From positions 33,003-97,002 of the forward strand of contig CBFFRP010000421.1 of NCBI GenBank assembly GCA_965644295.1: 64,000 nt of DNA, written 5' to 3'. Source of the stretch: Paraphysomonas bandaiensis. Taxonomy: Eukaryota > Protista > Chrysophyceae. The position numbers were made by a program, and so were the translations under genes. This document shows, in pieces, positions 1 through 13,661 of the stretch. Every line of letters begins with the position of its first letter. Position 1 is the first letter of the stretch. The notes under the pieces are model-generated. The model saw only the letters and a list, made by a program, of their open reading frames with translations. It had not been told where the DNA came from and made no database searches.

Positions 1-3000
1 TCGAAACATACCCAACCGAACCGTCTAGGACCACCGTCTCCATTATTTTCCTCATCACTAAGAGTCCAGTTAACAGGGAGTGTCCACCCAGGCACTTCAC
101 CATCATACTTCGACCACCTATACTCTTCCCTAACCCAATTCTCACCGGGTTCTTCCATTGCCAAAATGATCATGATCTTACAGCACTCTCTATGGTCCCA
201 CCTGCGAAGATCAAGCCTGTAGTATCTATCTGGGTAAAGCGGATCTATGATGTTGAGAATGCCCAGGCGATGGAAAATCTCATTCACCTCATCCTGGTTA
301 AATATATCCAATACACGAATGCCATTTTTGTCGTAGTCGACAATTCGAGAAAACATCGATACGAAGGCTTGAACTCGCAGATAATTGTCGGACGGGAAAC
401 AGAGCAATATATTTATTACTTGTTCCACCGATAGGTAGAGAATAGGTAGTGCCAATTGGAGCTCCAAAAGGCGACTATATGCCAAGGGATATATGGGATG
501 AAATTTTGTGACACTAGGCTTCGTCTGACAGTCTCGCAGACTTTCAGGAGTCGTCGGTCTCTTGGATGGATCATACTCCATGCGGCTGGCATCGCGCTGT
601 CTTTCTTCAGGATAAATAGAGTGGTAATGGTGGCACGAGTCGATATACTCGATGTGGTGCTCCTTTAAGTGAGCCAGTGTTAGTGACGGGTGCACCATTT
701 GGTCCAAAGGCGTATTTTTCAACCACTCCGTATCGCTATACTTTTCCATGATAGTTTCCAGATTCAACACATCTTTTAGTGCAAGAAATCTTTTATCTGA
801 CAGTGGCCATATTCCCTGCTTGGGACGGACAGTGGACACATAATCGCACCGAAGCTTTCCAGTTGAAGGACAGGAGGCAAACCAGTGTGCAGTCAGTGAA
901 AGCGGAGTACCACTAAGCGACTCATTGCGGAAATTAGAATAATTCCCTCGTTGTGAGGTGTCTACTCCCTGCTTGCGCATATACTTGACCTCTTCTGCCC
1001 ACACAGCAGATAAGCTTCGCCCTTCAACCTTCTTCTGTTTGTATCGGAAATCAAAAAAGAAGTGACCAGTTGGAAGACCCATGAACACGTTATATATCTG
1101 TCCCATAAGTACTCGCAAAGCAAACTTTCCTTCGTGATTGACGACTGAATCCACAAATCTATGACACTGTTCTGAAGTGACAAGCTGAGGCAAAACACGT
1201 GAAAGCACATGGAGATGGGAATTGTCATGTTTGCCCATTTCTTCAAATAACATCAATGCCTGCTGGGCACTCATGAAGTAATAGGGTGAAGTTGTTGCCT
1301 GCTCGAATATGACCTCTCGCTGCTCCATCGTAGGGGCGTCATGAATGGCCTTGATAACACTATGAATACCCTCATCATGACTTACATCGTATATCGACGC
1401 CTGCTCGCACTGGTAAAACACTTCAACAACTAATTCCCCAGACACAGGAATGCTCCATGGCTTCTTTGTGCTAGCATCCACAAGCTCACCACGGGGTACA
1501 TCGGTGCGGCAAAATTCATTGACCATAATCATTGCGAACTCCCTGCTGTCTATTGCTCCCGATTTATTCACATCGTAATCTCTAATTAATTTTCTACCAT
1601 ACTTCCGATCAAATTCTACCCCCAAACTCAAAATTGCAGCTAAAAATTCATCAACATCCATCTCGGCGTTGTTATCAGCATCATTAAGTTGAAATATGGC
1701 ATAGAATATTTGATACATCATGCCGCCAATGTAATCCTCCTTAAATTCAGCTACATCTGTCGCAAGATTTAGCTTCTGTTCGGCAATTTCATAGAGCTTA
1801 TCAATTACTATAGGATACAACTCATCGTCAGGAAAAAGGTCAAAAAATTCTAAAATATTCCTCAGGATATCAGGCGCTGATGCAGCTGCAGTTTTATTAT
1901 TTTTCTGATCAAGAATTATTTTGGCCAACTTGACTAGTTGTTGTCTAATATTTCGCCGTGACGACTCCGTTTTGGCACCCTGTCGAACAAGTTTTATAGA
2001 GTTCACAGTACGTGTATTCTCCGCGATATGTTCCAGTCTAACTAGAGTACATCCGGCTCTATAGTTCGCAAGATACATACATTCCTCGGCAACCATCTGA
2101 CCGTATGGTTCACTGAGGTCAACTCTATAAAACCCAGATGGATTAGCAGCATTGAATACATCGGGGCATTCCATCGTACAGTCACAGTTCTTAAACGACA
2201 CACTCAAGACGCGGCTCTCCCCACTGGCACGCTGTACTGCTGCAACTAGTGCCTGTGCGCCCACAGCTCCCAATACATTTCCGTCCACGACAAGTGTATC
2301 TAAACATTCATTCTGAATGAGAGCATTGGCCAGCACTGTTGCTGCGCGGGGATTTACTGAGTTGTACGACAAATCCAGATACCTTAAGCTATTGTTCACT
2401 TTAAGAGCTTGACCAAGGTATTGGGTGGGGAGGTCTCCAAAGGCATTGTAGGCCACTTTCAATACTGTGAGTGTGTTGTTTATCGTAAGTGACTCCGCAA
2501 AAGTAATCGCGCTATCAAGTCGTATAAAATTCCAGCGCACATCTAATTCAGTTATCGTCGTATTTCCCACAAGCATTTCTCCAAGCGCTTCTCCTCCAGT
2601 AGTAAGATCCGGATCCACAACGTTCATCAACTCAGCCGCCCCGATCATGTTATTGGTCAGAGAAAGTGTGGTGATAGAAAAGTTATCCATGATTGCCTTG
2701 GCAAGATTACAACATTCTCCATCATCCACATCCGCACCTACAGATAAATATTACAACGCACAGCCCTAGTATACATCAATCGTAACATCACAAATTGTAT
2801 ACGTCACATATAAATAGCATTACATATAACCGTACCGTTGAGAACTAAAGTTTTGAGTCGACACCGGCTATTCCGTAAATAGTCCATGATAACTGCTGAT
2901 GATTCGTCGATCTTGTTGTACGATAAATCTAGATGTGTCTGATCCATGACACGTAAGTAAAAAATAAAATCACGAAATACCACCCACCAGAGTGATCATC

Positions 3001-4314
3001 TTATCTAACTTCAGTGCGAAAGGCATGAGTGATACATCTGTCACATAGTGTAAGAGGTAAATCTAGAAACCAACTGCACTATTACCAGTAAGTCTATTAT
3101 CGCTTAAGTCGATTGTCTCTACAGTGGGAAGATCCTCGATCACCTAACAGGGTGTATATTTTAAAAATAAATTTATAAAAAATATATATACGTCACCTCT
3201 ATTACGGGAAGAATTTTCTTATCTCCAAGACCCTTGTGACCTAGAAATATTCCCTTCGGGTTCTGTGTTTCGAAACAGTATGTAACACAAGTGGGAAAAG
3301 TGAGAGAAAATGTACCGTTTCTTTTCGAAGCAATAGTGGCATTGGAGTGAGATTTTCCTTCGTCACTCGCCGGAGGTACATCGCACGAGGGGACTTCTTT
3401 TCTTCTGGTAAGTCTTCATCATTCATATACATGTCCAGATTCCTACAGTCCTCCATAAATCCAATAAGCACGTATTCGTTCAAACCCTACCTCCTTGCAA
3501 TTTTATACTGCCGGTAAAACTCGGATTTGGATATATCACCAAAGTATTTATCCCAGTGTTTAATACCCATACGTGGGTTTAACATGTCGTATCGAACTGC
3601 GGATATGACTTCCTTTCCACAGTCCTTCAAAGAAATACTTTTCTTCAAAATAGACCTCTTACGAACACCTTTGGCCGCATCCATGGCTTGTTCTTGAGCT
3701 TTGTTTACAGTTCGCTGAATCTTAGCTCGTTGTAAAACACGCGGCAGCGGACCAGGAATACGCGTGTGTTCAATTTTCTTTACCTCAGAGGGTGGTTTTT
3801 TAGGCAAGACTTTCTTTTTAACCGAAGGTGGTTCTGGTTTGAGTTTCCTAATGGTCGTACTGTGTTTAGAAATTTTCTTCGGAGGTTTTAGTATCTTCGG
3901 TGTTTTACTGACAACTTTCATTAAATCTTTCTCGGAATTATACTGATAACCCATTCCAAGTAAACTGCTTCTACGAACTTTATTGGCAGTAGATCTCCGT
4001 CGATTTTTACTCTCGTCAATTTGTTCAGTGTGGTAGTCACTGTCTTTGTCCGAATCAGAACCCTTTTCCTCATCGTCCTTATCAATATCATCAAATACTG
4101 ATTTATATTTCGGTAAAGCAGGTATCGAATCAGAGCCCCATATATCTCCTGATCGCCCGTGAAATATGGGCACAGAGGCAGAGAAATCCGTTAAGCTTAT
4201 ATGAGGTTTACTTGTTAATAAGCTTGGCAGTGTGATGCATGTTGACATACTTGACTCTGTATCTAATGGATGGTGTTTTCCCTGTATATCACTACGACTC
4301 ATAGTAGAGCTCAT
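1..4314 (-). CDS. Large multi-exon LRR + paired EF-hand protein; 3' end lies outside the window
   Basis: Starts with ORF 3487..4314. Short spliced exons at ~2740-3480 and a long exon running to base 1 carry LRR motifs (TIDLSDN, LDLSYNKI, LDLSYNSV) and two EF-hand loops (DADNNAEMDVDE, DVNKSGAIDSRE at ~1540-1690). The C-terminal region reads LGILNIIDPLYPDRYYRLDLRRWDHRE...EPGENW. No stop codon seen before the window edge. Confidence 0.8.
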
Positions 4315-4847
4315 GTTTGAGAGCTATACGGGCCTATGGGTAGTGTAGTGGTGATGGGAATAGGGTTAGAGTATGAAGGTAGATGGGGGATAGAGCATAT
4401 CGTGTACTGTGTTTTCAATTTAATGCAGTGAGTGTTAATGTATGGAACTATGCGTATATTATCATATGTATGGAACTCTAGGCAGATATATACATACATT
4501 AACTGCTGCATGATGATCTCATATGGAAGTTCTCGTAAGAACACGCCTACGGCTTATTCCATACATAAGCACCTCTCTATGTGTATATATGTACAGACCG
4601 TTTCTTTCCATAGAATACTGGAATACAATGAAATACAGTGGAAGGTGGAATACAGGTATGGTTTACAGCAGTGTCCAAGTACACACATACGGCATACAGA
4701 CTATACGGCATAGCATACACTCACAGCACCTGCAGCTGTACCATACTACAGTGTACTGTAGTATATGTACTGCAGTACAGCAGTGTCCCATTAACAGTCT
4801 CATAGCAGCCATATATAGACAGCATGCCTCCTTGTATACCATACACC

Positions 4848-6490
4848 ATGAACCTCACACTATCCCATCTCATAATCTCATTACTCTATCTCTTCTCCCT
4901 TGTATCCCCCTATCCACATCCATCACCATCAGCAGCATGCGGAGATATCATCCACCAGTCATGCCTAACGAACTGCTCCATTGCCAATCCATACTACTGC
5001 TTTAAAGATAAACCTATTAGTTATGATACATGTAAACTCTTTCTTCGTCAATCACAGCACTGTGATGCTGTTATCTATACAAATGCCAGGTGCTCTTTGT
5101 TCTCTCGCTACACTAACAGAGACCTTCAAACCCCCTCTGCTGTAAGCATACAGGCATCATTCACAGATGACTCTTCCATTCACTTGATTCGATTGACCGA
5201 AGGAGTAGATAACTGTACTGCTTACTCTGGGCCATCTAACTATCCTGTTGGGAAGAGTATCATGACTCAGTGTCTGAGTCATCATAATTTATTGTCCTCT
5301 GCATCGACCCATAGGCAGATGTCGGAGCAGAGATGGAGTCAGCTTCCTCGCCTTGGAATAATAGTTTCCGTTACTAAGGCTTGGATGCGTGATAATATGA
5401 AGGAGGTCGAAGCCGCAGTTAATAACTTCGAGTGCTATGCCACGACACACAGTTATGCCTTCGTAAGTCTCGAAAACTATCCGTTTACCTCTAACTGTCA
5501 TTTTAGCACTTGCATGTAATGCCATCCATGGAAACAAGCCGTTTTTTTCACGTTCGCCACCAGTCAGTGGTTCAAACGTACTTACATCGCTACCAATACT
5601 TGCTTGTGATGGACGCAGATAATCTGGTTGTGAATATGTCTCAATCTTTGGACCACCTTTTCGTTAGCAACATGTCATCCCCTACAGATGTCTTTCTCCA
5701 TATGCGAGAAGGGGGTGAGGTCACAGCCAGTACCTACATTATACGGAATTCTCTGTATTCTCGGTGCTTTATGCGATACTGGAGAATGATGGCACCGCTA
5801 AGCAGGCGTGTGTGGGTGCCAACCCCAAACCACGACAACGGTGACTTAGTTGTGGCGCTGATGAATCTAATCAGTGAGGAGGCCCTACTTAATTGTGCAG
5901 AGTATATAAAGCCCACATCTTCACTAGCTGCCTATGATACGGGGATATTGCTTTGTTTCCGTTTATTCCGTGGTGCTCTAGCAGATCCGTCTACCCTCTT
6001 GCCTCACATTCGTGTCTTTTTCATTCGTGAGAGCTTTTTCCGTATGCATCTAGGGAACAGTGGAACTCAAGGAGAAGGACGGCAAGTGCTGCTGAAAGAC
6101 TCCACTTGTCATAAGCACGACATCATTGCCCACGGGTGGAAAGCGATTGCTTCTTCCTACTGGCCGACGGACTCTGTATGTGATGTCGATGCTTTCCGAA
6201 GAGGAAAAGGGGGGAACCAGCGCTGCACTTGGTTGACAGTAGAAGAAGAGATGCATATTGTACAGACAAAGTGCTACTGGCGGTCTCCTCTCTGCAAAGA
6301 TGCAGAAACGCAGGTTAATGTCTGCCTAAACTCTGAAGGGTGCCGATTGGAAAAGATAAATATGCAACGCTGGGCACTATGCGTAGATCATGGAGTATGT
6401 AATCCTTATATTACGATTCCCGCCTTTTACAAGAAGTACGCAACTTTGGAACTTCCCCGGCCTTGGCTATCAGAATATATAAAGTCATGA
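4848..6490 (+). CDS. Secreted/type II DUF273-like (GT-A fold, GT34/MNN10-related) putative glycosyltransferase, 2 exons
   Basis: Hydrophobic N-terminus MNLTLSHLIISLLYLFSLV. An intron GTAAGT..TTTTAG (5463-5506) joins ORFs 4824..5519 and 5510..6490 in frame. Motifs CYATTHSY, FFHVRH, YLLVMDAD (DxD) and HDNGDL. Confidence 0.7.
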
Positions 6491-7333
6491 CTTCGTTCTT
6501 AGAGTTAATATATTTTACTTGTATAACGTGATTGTTTCTGTGATACGATTGTTTGCTGTGGTATCTTGATGTTGTAGATATCTTACCGAAGTACCGATTT
6601 TTAAAAGCATTTAATTTTATATTAGTACTACATACACATAAGTTGGAAGTGCGTTGTCCTAGGGACTATAAGCAAGAAGCAAGTAGCGCAACTAGCAATT
6701 GCACCTGATGGGTGTATGAAATTTCTTCAATCCTTTTTAAATTTATTTAAATCATTTAAAATTGACTTATATATTTTTCCTATTATTGTATGTGGTGGTT
6801 GCTTCAAAAATAACTGTCATCTCTTCTTTCTCACAAACATCCATGAAAACTCCTCCTACACCTGGAACGTGAGCAAACAATAATAGCAATTTTATACTAG
6901 ATAATAGAACTAGGAATAATGAAAAATACTACTCACATAGTGCAGCTTTCTTATCGCTGTTGCAGATTAGGTAACGAGTGACTGGCAGTACTTTATCCGG
7001 GCATGTGAATAACAAATTCGCATTTTTGACTATATCAAATATGTATGTTTACTATATCAATTACATGGGCTGAAATAGAATACTCTATGAAACCGCTACA
7101 AGTGAAAGACACAATGCATTAGTTAACTTCCAGTTAATTGTTTGTCTAAGTCACTAAAGTCGTGATCTTGTCACTGTAACACTTTTCTGCCGTTTCACGT
7201 ATTGCATTCTTCACTTTGATATATAAACATTCTTCTCTCGCTGGGTCGTTGCAGAAAACGCACACAACATATACAGCCGGTACGGTATCAACCACATGAC
7301 ATTATAGCAGAGGAAGTGTGTGAGGCTATACTA

Positions 7334-9882
7334 TCACCACGTGGATGTGGTGCCGGCTCCAGTGTTAGGAGTTCCAGAGGAAGAGGCGTCGCTGGGCTGA
7401 CCAGAAGTCGATCCTGCATTTCCACCCCGCCCAGCACCGTACTGTCCACCTCGCCCAGCTCCAGGATATCCAGGTCCGGGTGCGGCAGCTCCAGGGGGAT
7501 AAGGAGGCATCATCTGGCCCCATCCTGCACCATAAGACCACTGGTCGCCCCGACCGTATGGGCCATATCCACCAGCTCCGTAGGGCCCACCGGAATGCAA
7601 GCCGTGAGCTTGGGGGTTATCCTGCGCGCCGCCCTGTGGGTTCCCACCCGACTGAGAGGCATTGCCTCCCGGTGCAGAACCACCCTTGCGGTCGCCCTGT
7701 CCTCCGGGGTGTGGTGCTCTGTACGAATCCACCGCTGCGAAGTGTCCGCCTGGTCCAGATCCGTACATATCTCCGTATCCACCCATCCCTTGTCCAGCAC
7801 CATAGGGGTCACCGTAAGGAGGTCTTGGGGGCTGATACATACCCTGAGAATGTCCGCCACGTCCATAGAAACCCTGCCCTCCACCACCATAGTAGTACTG
7901 AGGGTAATAAGGATTGCCGTAGTAGCCATAACCTCCCATTTGTCCGTACTGTTGTTGGTGCTGCTGATACATACCTTGCTGGTTAGAATTGTTGTTGGTT
8001 GATGCGGAATCAGGTCCCGATGATGAGGGTGGTGGACTCGAGTTGGATTGCTGCTGATGGTTAACTGGAGACTCCAGGTGACCTCTAGGGAGATCTAGAC
8101 CGTACCCATGCTGCTGTTGCTGCATAGGAGGCATACCAACTGGCCCAACATTAGCAGGACTGTTTCGCTGGCCGACAGCCCCTGCGCTACCAGTCTGCAT
8201 GCCCGGAGGAGCAGCAACCTGCTCTTGCTGCTGTCTCTTCGGGGCAGAATTACGCTGTTTTTGTTGTCTTTGTGGAGCACTCTGTCTTCCCTGCTGCTCC
8301 TCCTGGCGTGCTTCTACATTCAAACCAGGAGGGGGACTAGGAGCCGCGGCCTGCTGTTGCTGAGCGTCCGCAAAGAGAGACTTCTCTGGCCCTTCTTTCG
8401 GAGCTGTAGAGGCAGGCTCCTGCTTCTGGGATTGGCGTTGGTCGAAAGCGCTAATGGGCGACAAGCCTTCCTCCAATGGCGCACTAGAACCTTCTGATCC
8501 CCAGACTGATACAGATGGACCAGGCGCAGAGACTTCATCAGCCTGAGAGGGATGGGAAGGAGAGGACGTAGACTCATCTCCGAAGTTTCCGAACGCGAAC
8601 TTTACTTCGCTGTCGGCCTCTGTTGACTCCCACTTCCCCAGTTTTATGAGTGGGCTGCCAACTGTGTCTGACACGGTGGGCACGCGAGGAGGAGAATCAA
8701 GGACTGCAGGCGAAGCCGACGGAGGCTCTTCGATAGTAGCTGGTGGGGCCGCTACAGTTGGCTGGGACTCAGTGACTGGAGTGGGTTCAGCAATTGGTGC
8801 CGGCTGGGCAACTTCAGCTGTATCTTCAACTGATACTGCTGCTACTTTGTCAGCAACTTCCTCTACCTCCACAGCAGGAGCAGATGCATCTACACTAGGG
8901 CTCACGCTGTCCCCGCGTGAATTCTTACTTTTGCGGGACTTCGACTTGCTAACTGGCTTGCTAGACTTTGACTCAGCACTCACAGGGGCAGCAACTGGCT
9001 GTTGTTTCTGCTGTTCGGCCGCCTTCAGCTTCTGTGCAAGGCTCATTCCCCCAGTTCCCCAAGCAACTTTTCCAGTGACTGGAGCAGCGGATGGTGGAGC
9101 CATGCCGGGGGAGGCTGTGGCTGGTGTAGCTTGCTGCTGAACTGGAGACGGGGTAACCTCTTCACGAGCCTCTTCTGAGGCTATGGGAGGGGAAGGTGCC
9201 GCCTCAGCTCCCTCTTTTCCCCAAGCTGGAAGAGAAGTTTGCTTAGAAGGTTGAGTGGGTTCTGATGGATCAGCTGGTAATGCTGATGGTGGCCCGCGGG
9301 GAGGCTGGCTACCTCGTCCTCGTCCTCCATACGCGCTGCTCATAGATCTGCCACCGCGCCCACCGCGTCCGCCATCGCCGCCACGATAAGGAGGGGCACT
9401 GCGCCCTCTTCCTCGACCACCGCCTCTATCGCTCTGACTTTGTTCCTATTCAATATATTACGTCTGCATTGACAGGCATGTTCATGGTTTTCAGTTGTCT
9501 ACCTTCTTTTTATTTTTTTTCCCAGTAGATATCCAGTCATCTCCCCTAGCTGACAAATTTTCGGCATCTACGACACTCCAATATTACGTATAATAGAAAA
9601 ACACTAGGGCACATACCATTCCACATAGCTGCAATTGCATCCTTGATTGCTGCGTCATTTTTCTGATGCTTACGAATTAAATCGAGCAATTCTTGATTCG
9701 ACACTGCCTCAGGTGTAATATCTCTATACTGTTAATACATTAAACTCCAGGGTAAAAAACAATACATCATAAATACTTGTTTTAATTCAGCCTGGGACAC
9801 TTTGACCCCGCGGGCTTCTTGTCTGCATTGATATATAAGGTGATATATGCAAGAGATGATGTAGTTACCCTCGCTGCGCCAT
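7334..9882 (-). CDS. Low-complexity RGG / Pro-Gln-Gly-Tyr-rich protein, UBAP2/lingerer-like architecture, multi-exon
   Basis: Spliced N-terminus MAQRG|QEARGVKVSQAELKQ|YRDITPEAVSNQELLDLIRKH...AIAAMWN (small helical UBA/CUE-like segment), then WISTGKKNKKK and an RGG box. ORF 7334..9343 contains KFAFGNFGD and a Q/G/Y-rich tail. Confidence 0.7.
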
Positions 9883-10744
9883 TGATAAATAAATATAAGC
9901 CAGAAACTATACGACTGACTCTCTCTTATATATTTTGGCACAAAAATACAATTCTCCTGGTGATAATTTGATCAAAGGAGAGTTGCAGCCAAGGTATGAT
10001 GTCTACTTTAAAGTAATTATAGGAATTAATTTTCATTGCAGAGCCTCACCTTTCAGTGTGTGTGTACCATCTATATATATATGTATATGTAGATGGTGTG
10101 GTGGGTGTGTCCCGTGTATGTGGTATGTGGTATGTGTATATGGTATGTGTGTGTATGTGGTATACAAAAAACAAAATGCTCACAAGACCACAAAAACTTC
10201 TGTTGTTCTTCATACTATACGGAAGAATACAGAGGAATACAGAGACGACTACTTCCCATCACTTTCTTCGATCCGAGAGAATACAGAGGAATACGAATGA
10301 TATACGCCGTATATGGTGTATTAGAATATTGTGGGGAAAAATCACACCACTGGAAAAATAGAGGATTTTGATGAATGAAACTTCTAAAAATCATTTATTT
10401 TTATAGATTACTGCTGGATATTCACTCTCACCTGCAACCTACTTCTTAAATGCAATGGGCATGATGGATAGGCAGCAGGCAAGCCATCACCAGGTGATAA
10501 GGAGGCAGCAAGGATTCAGATTCAGCCGTTCTTATCCTATCAGCAAAGTAATGATGGATATATATACTCAATGAGGACAGTACAGCACATACACTGTATC
10601 TGATATCTATACCGTGTGGAGACATATGGATCATATGTAACCGGACTACAGCCTCATCGGGCTCCACCCAGTAACTTCTTTCTCAGCTAATTTTCTGAGT
10701 GAAGAAGAAAGTACTGTAAAGTATGTACTACAATAGAGCATAGT

Positions 10745-11465
10745 CAGGGCTAGGGAACAATATATTGCAATACTATTGTTAGCTTCTCACCAATCATATT
10801 GATGGAGTTTTTAAACGGACCCTACAATACCATTGCAATTCAGTATGTAAACATTTGCATTGATTTCATGATAACGAAACCCACTACTCTGCCAGTCAAA
10901 GACTACCTACTGCTTAGCTAGTCTCAACTTTTCTCTTACTCATTTTCTCTGTCATCATTGGTGATGTTACCACCACATCTATTCAAAAATAATTGAAATA
11001 TGCATTCGGTCATAAATGTCGATCATAATATTAAGTGTAGTAGGGTGCATACTTTTGCGCAGCACTGAGATAATAAGTTTAGCTGTGCTGAACAGGCGTT
11101 CACATGTATTGGAAGCATTCATCTTTCAGGCGTCTCTTCTTATCAGTATGATATACTATAATATATATATATATTGTTAAGTAAGGTGGTATAGAGAATA
11201 GATGTATAGAGTATTGCAGAGCCAGCGATATGTAAAAACCAGAAAATAATATCAATAATTGGCTTTTTCTTGATTTTCCGCATATTTGTGTACATGGGTA
11301 TATATTTTGCACCCTACAGTTGAGAATCTCTCGGTATATGACAATCAAAATATGGTTGCAATATATCATATATATTGTGAGCTACTTTAACAAAAACAAT
11401 ATGGCTGGAATATTAGACCGGTCCATCAATCAATATATTTTACAATATATTTTTTTATAGCCCTG
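10745..11465. mobile_element. Candidate non-autonomous hAT-like TIR element
   Basis: Imperfect inverted termini CAGGGCTAgggaacAATATATTGcaata / CAATATATTTTACAATATATTTTTTTATAGCCCTG, plus subterminal CAATAT repeats. No 8-bp TSD found. Confidence 0.4.
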
Positions 11466-11751
11466 GCTCAACAGCAACGCGTGACAAAATAGCTGCATAT
11501 TCTAGTGACATTCTCCAGTAATAACAGCATAAAAGAAGCATATATTAAAATTATAATAAAATTGCTTACATCAGAGCCACATACAACATAGAGCCAATCA
11601 GCTACATACCACACAGCCAATATTGCAGTACACATCGTACTCTGTAACGATACTGTACTGTACTCCGACATGCACAAATATGATGGTATCTTCAAAAAGC
11701 ACATAAACGTCTACATCAGCTCAATACTAACGAGATGCTTATACGTACGTA

Positions 11752-13154
11752 CTAAGCTCCTAAAAAGTGTCCGCTGTATCCATTCATGTTAACATCGATA
11801 GAACTGCTATAAGATGCTGCTCGCTCTCCCTGATAGTCAAAAGAGGGCATTGTTAACTTGCTCACGTCATCACTATACATGGAGCTCTTCTCGTAAACAG
11901 ATAGGCAATCCTCACGCGCATCGTAGGTAGATGTGGCCTCCGCCTCATACAACTTCGTGACAAGTCGATTGAGAGGAACCAAATCACTGTTATCGATCAG
12001 ATCAAACCCCTTCACAAAAAATATAAACCTGCAATACCCTATATATTAGTGGACACAATGCAGAGCTTGATAAACCATACCACTTAAAGCACACATCCAA
12101 ATGGACAAGAGCATCGAGTTCGAGGAAGGCATCATGATGCCAGTGAAGAATGTGGGCATACAGATGAAAGAGTAGATATGCCACCATCTATAGGTAGGGT
12201 GTTAAAGTATACACCGTAAATAGAATCATTAGGAGGGCAATAGTAGTATATAGAAGGGCATTGCAAATGTCATAACGAAAGAATACATAATATACTCACT
12301 CTACAGCTAGCTTCATGCTCTTCGGCCTCCTGAATATCTACTCCAGCGTCAGATCCTTCCTCCTCTAAATAAAAAAGTAAAACCCGTAAGCTGTCGAACA
12401 CGGTGTGGCTGAACCTGAGTCAACGGCTTCAAGAACACTTTGTCTCTTCAGCAGACTTGATATCACCTCAAGAGCTTTGCTGATATACTCTGGAGCATTC
12501 AGCTACTACAAATAAGACCAACACGAATTACAATAACATTACAGTTATACATTTCTGTTTATGGATGCAGAGTGGTCCCCAGCGTGGTCCAGTGTCCAAG
12601 TATATGCATGTCCCGGCCGTTCGTTCATTTGTGGGCACGTCTTCCGTGTACACTTCTGTTGTAAAACATATTTTTGAAATAGTCGCATATGGTCGTAGAA
12701 GTCCGTGAGATGTATAGTTAGCCAATGCATACGTGGAAACCCCTTTGGACACTAAACGTGGTGTGAGGAATGAAAAAACAGCTTTAGGTTACCTCCAGAA
12801 TACTCGGTTTTATTCCTGCCTTAATAGTGCTCCGAATCATCTCTGCAGCTCGCCGACGTTTCTTTCCTTTTGGTTTTGAATGAGAGTCTATAAGACTTTC
12901 ATAACTGCCATTCTCCTGCACATAGAGACGCATGACACCCTCACGACAACTGCAGTAAACATCCTTACGGGTAACTTGTCCACAATTAGAACTGGAGGGC
13001 CCCTAATTGCATCTAAACGGGCTCGCCTTTCAATATTTTGAATTGAACCGTTACTAGGGCATTTACTAGGCCTAGAGTCGTCATACACTTCTCGAAGTAA
13101 GGGATGGCGCTTCTTGTCTATATGCTCTGCAGACTTACAGCAGCACGTACCCAT
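11752..13154 (-). CDS. MOB1/phocein family kinase activator with N-terminal extension, multi-exon
   Basis: Exons encode HWLTIHLTDFY...CTRKTCPQM, APEYI, LFHLYAHILHWHH...HLDVCFKW|FIFFVKGFDLIDNSDLVPL, matching the MOB consensus. Start reads MGTCCC. Confidence 0.85.
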
Positions 13155-13279
13155 ACTACACAAACTGAATACAGCAGCTTGTAGAGCACAACACACTACA
13201 AATATACTATACTAACATCGTATAGTTTCCAGGATGCACTCCACTGACAGTTGAATGACAGCGACAACCCCTCACACAG

Positions 13280-13605
13280 ATGTATGTATGTATGTATGTA
13301 TGTATGTATGTATGTATGTATGTATGTATGTATGTATGTATGTATGTATGTATGTATGTATGTATGTATGTATGTATGTATGTATGTATGTATGTATGTA
13401 TGTATGTATGTATGTAGGTAGGTAGGTAGGTAGGTAGGTAGGTAGGTAGGTAGGTAGGTAGGTAGGTAGGTAGGTAGGTATGTATGTATGTATGTATGTA
13501 TGTATGTATGTATGTATGTATGTATGTATGTATGTATGTATGTATGTATGTATGTATGTATGTATGTATGTATGTATGTATGTATGTATGTATGTATGTA
13601 TGTAT
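13280..13605. repeat. Compound microsatellite (TATG)n-(TAGG)n-(TATG)n
   Basis: Directly visible tetranucleotide array between two divergent genes. Confidence 0.98.
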
Positions 13606-13661
13606 GGAGGCATTCAAATGTTAGTCTGTCATCTGTTGGTGCATTTAAGGTTATCAGTGCA

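Noticed and set aside
7316-9140. Several plus-strand ORFs (7316, 7480, 8108, 8646)
   Set aside because: They are antisense shadows of the GC-rich low-complexity gene on the minus strand.
12528-12752. 74-aa ORF MSKGVSTY as the MOB exon
   Set aside because: The overlapping frame 12545..12730 carries the MOB motifs; this frame does not.
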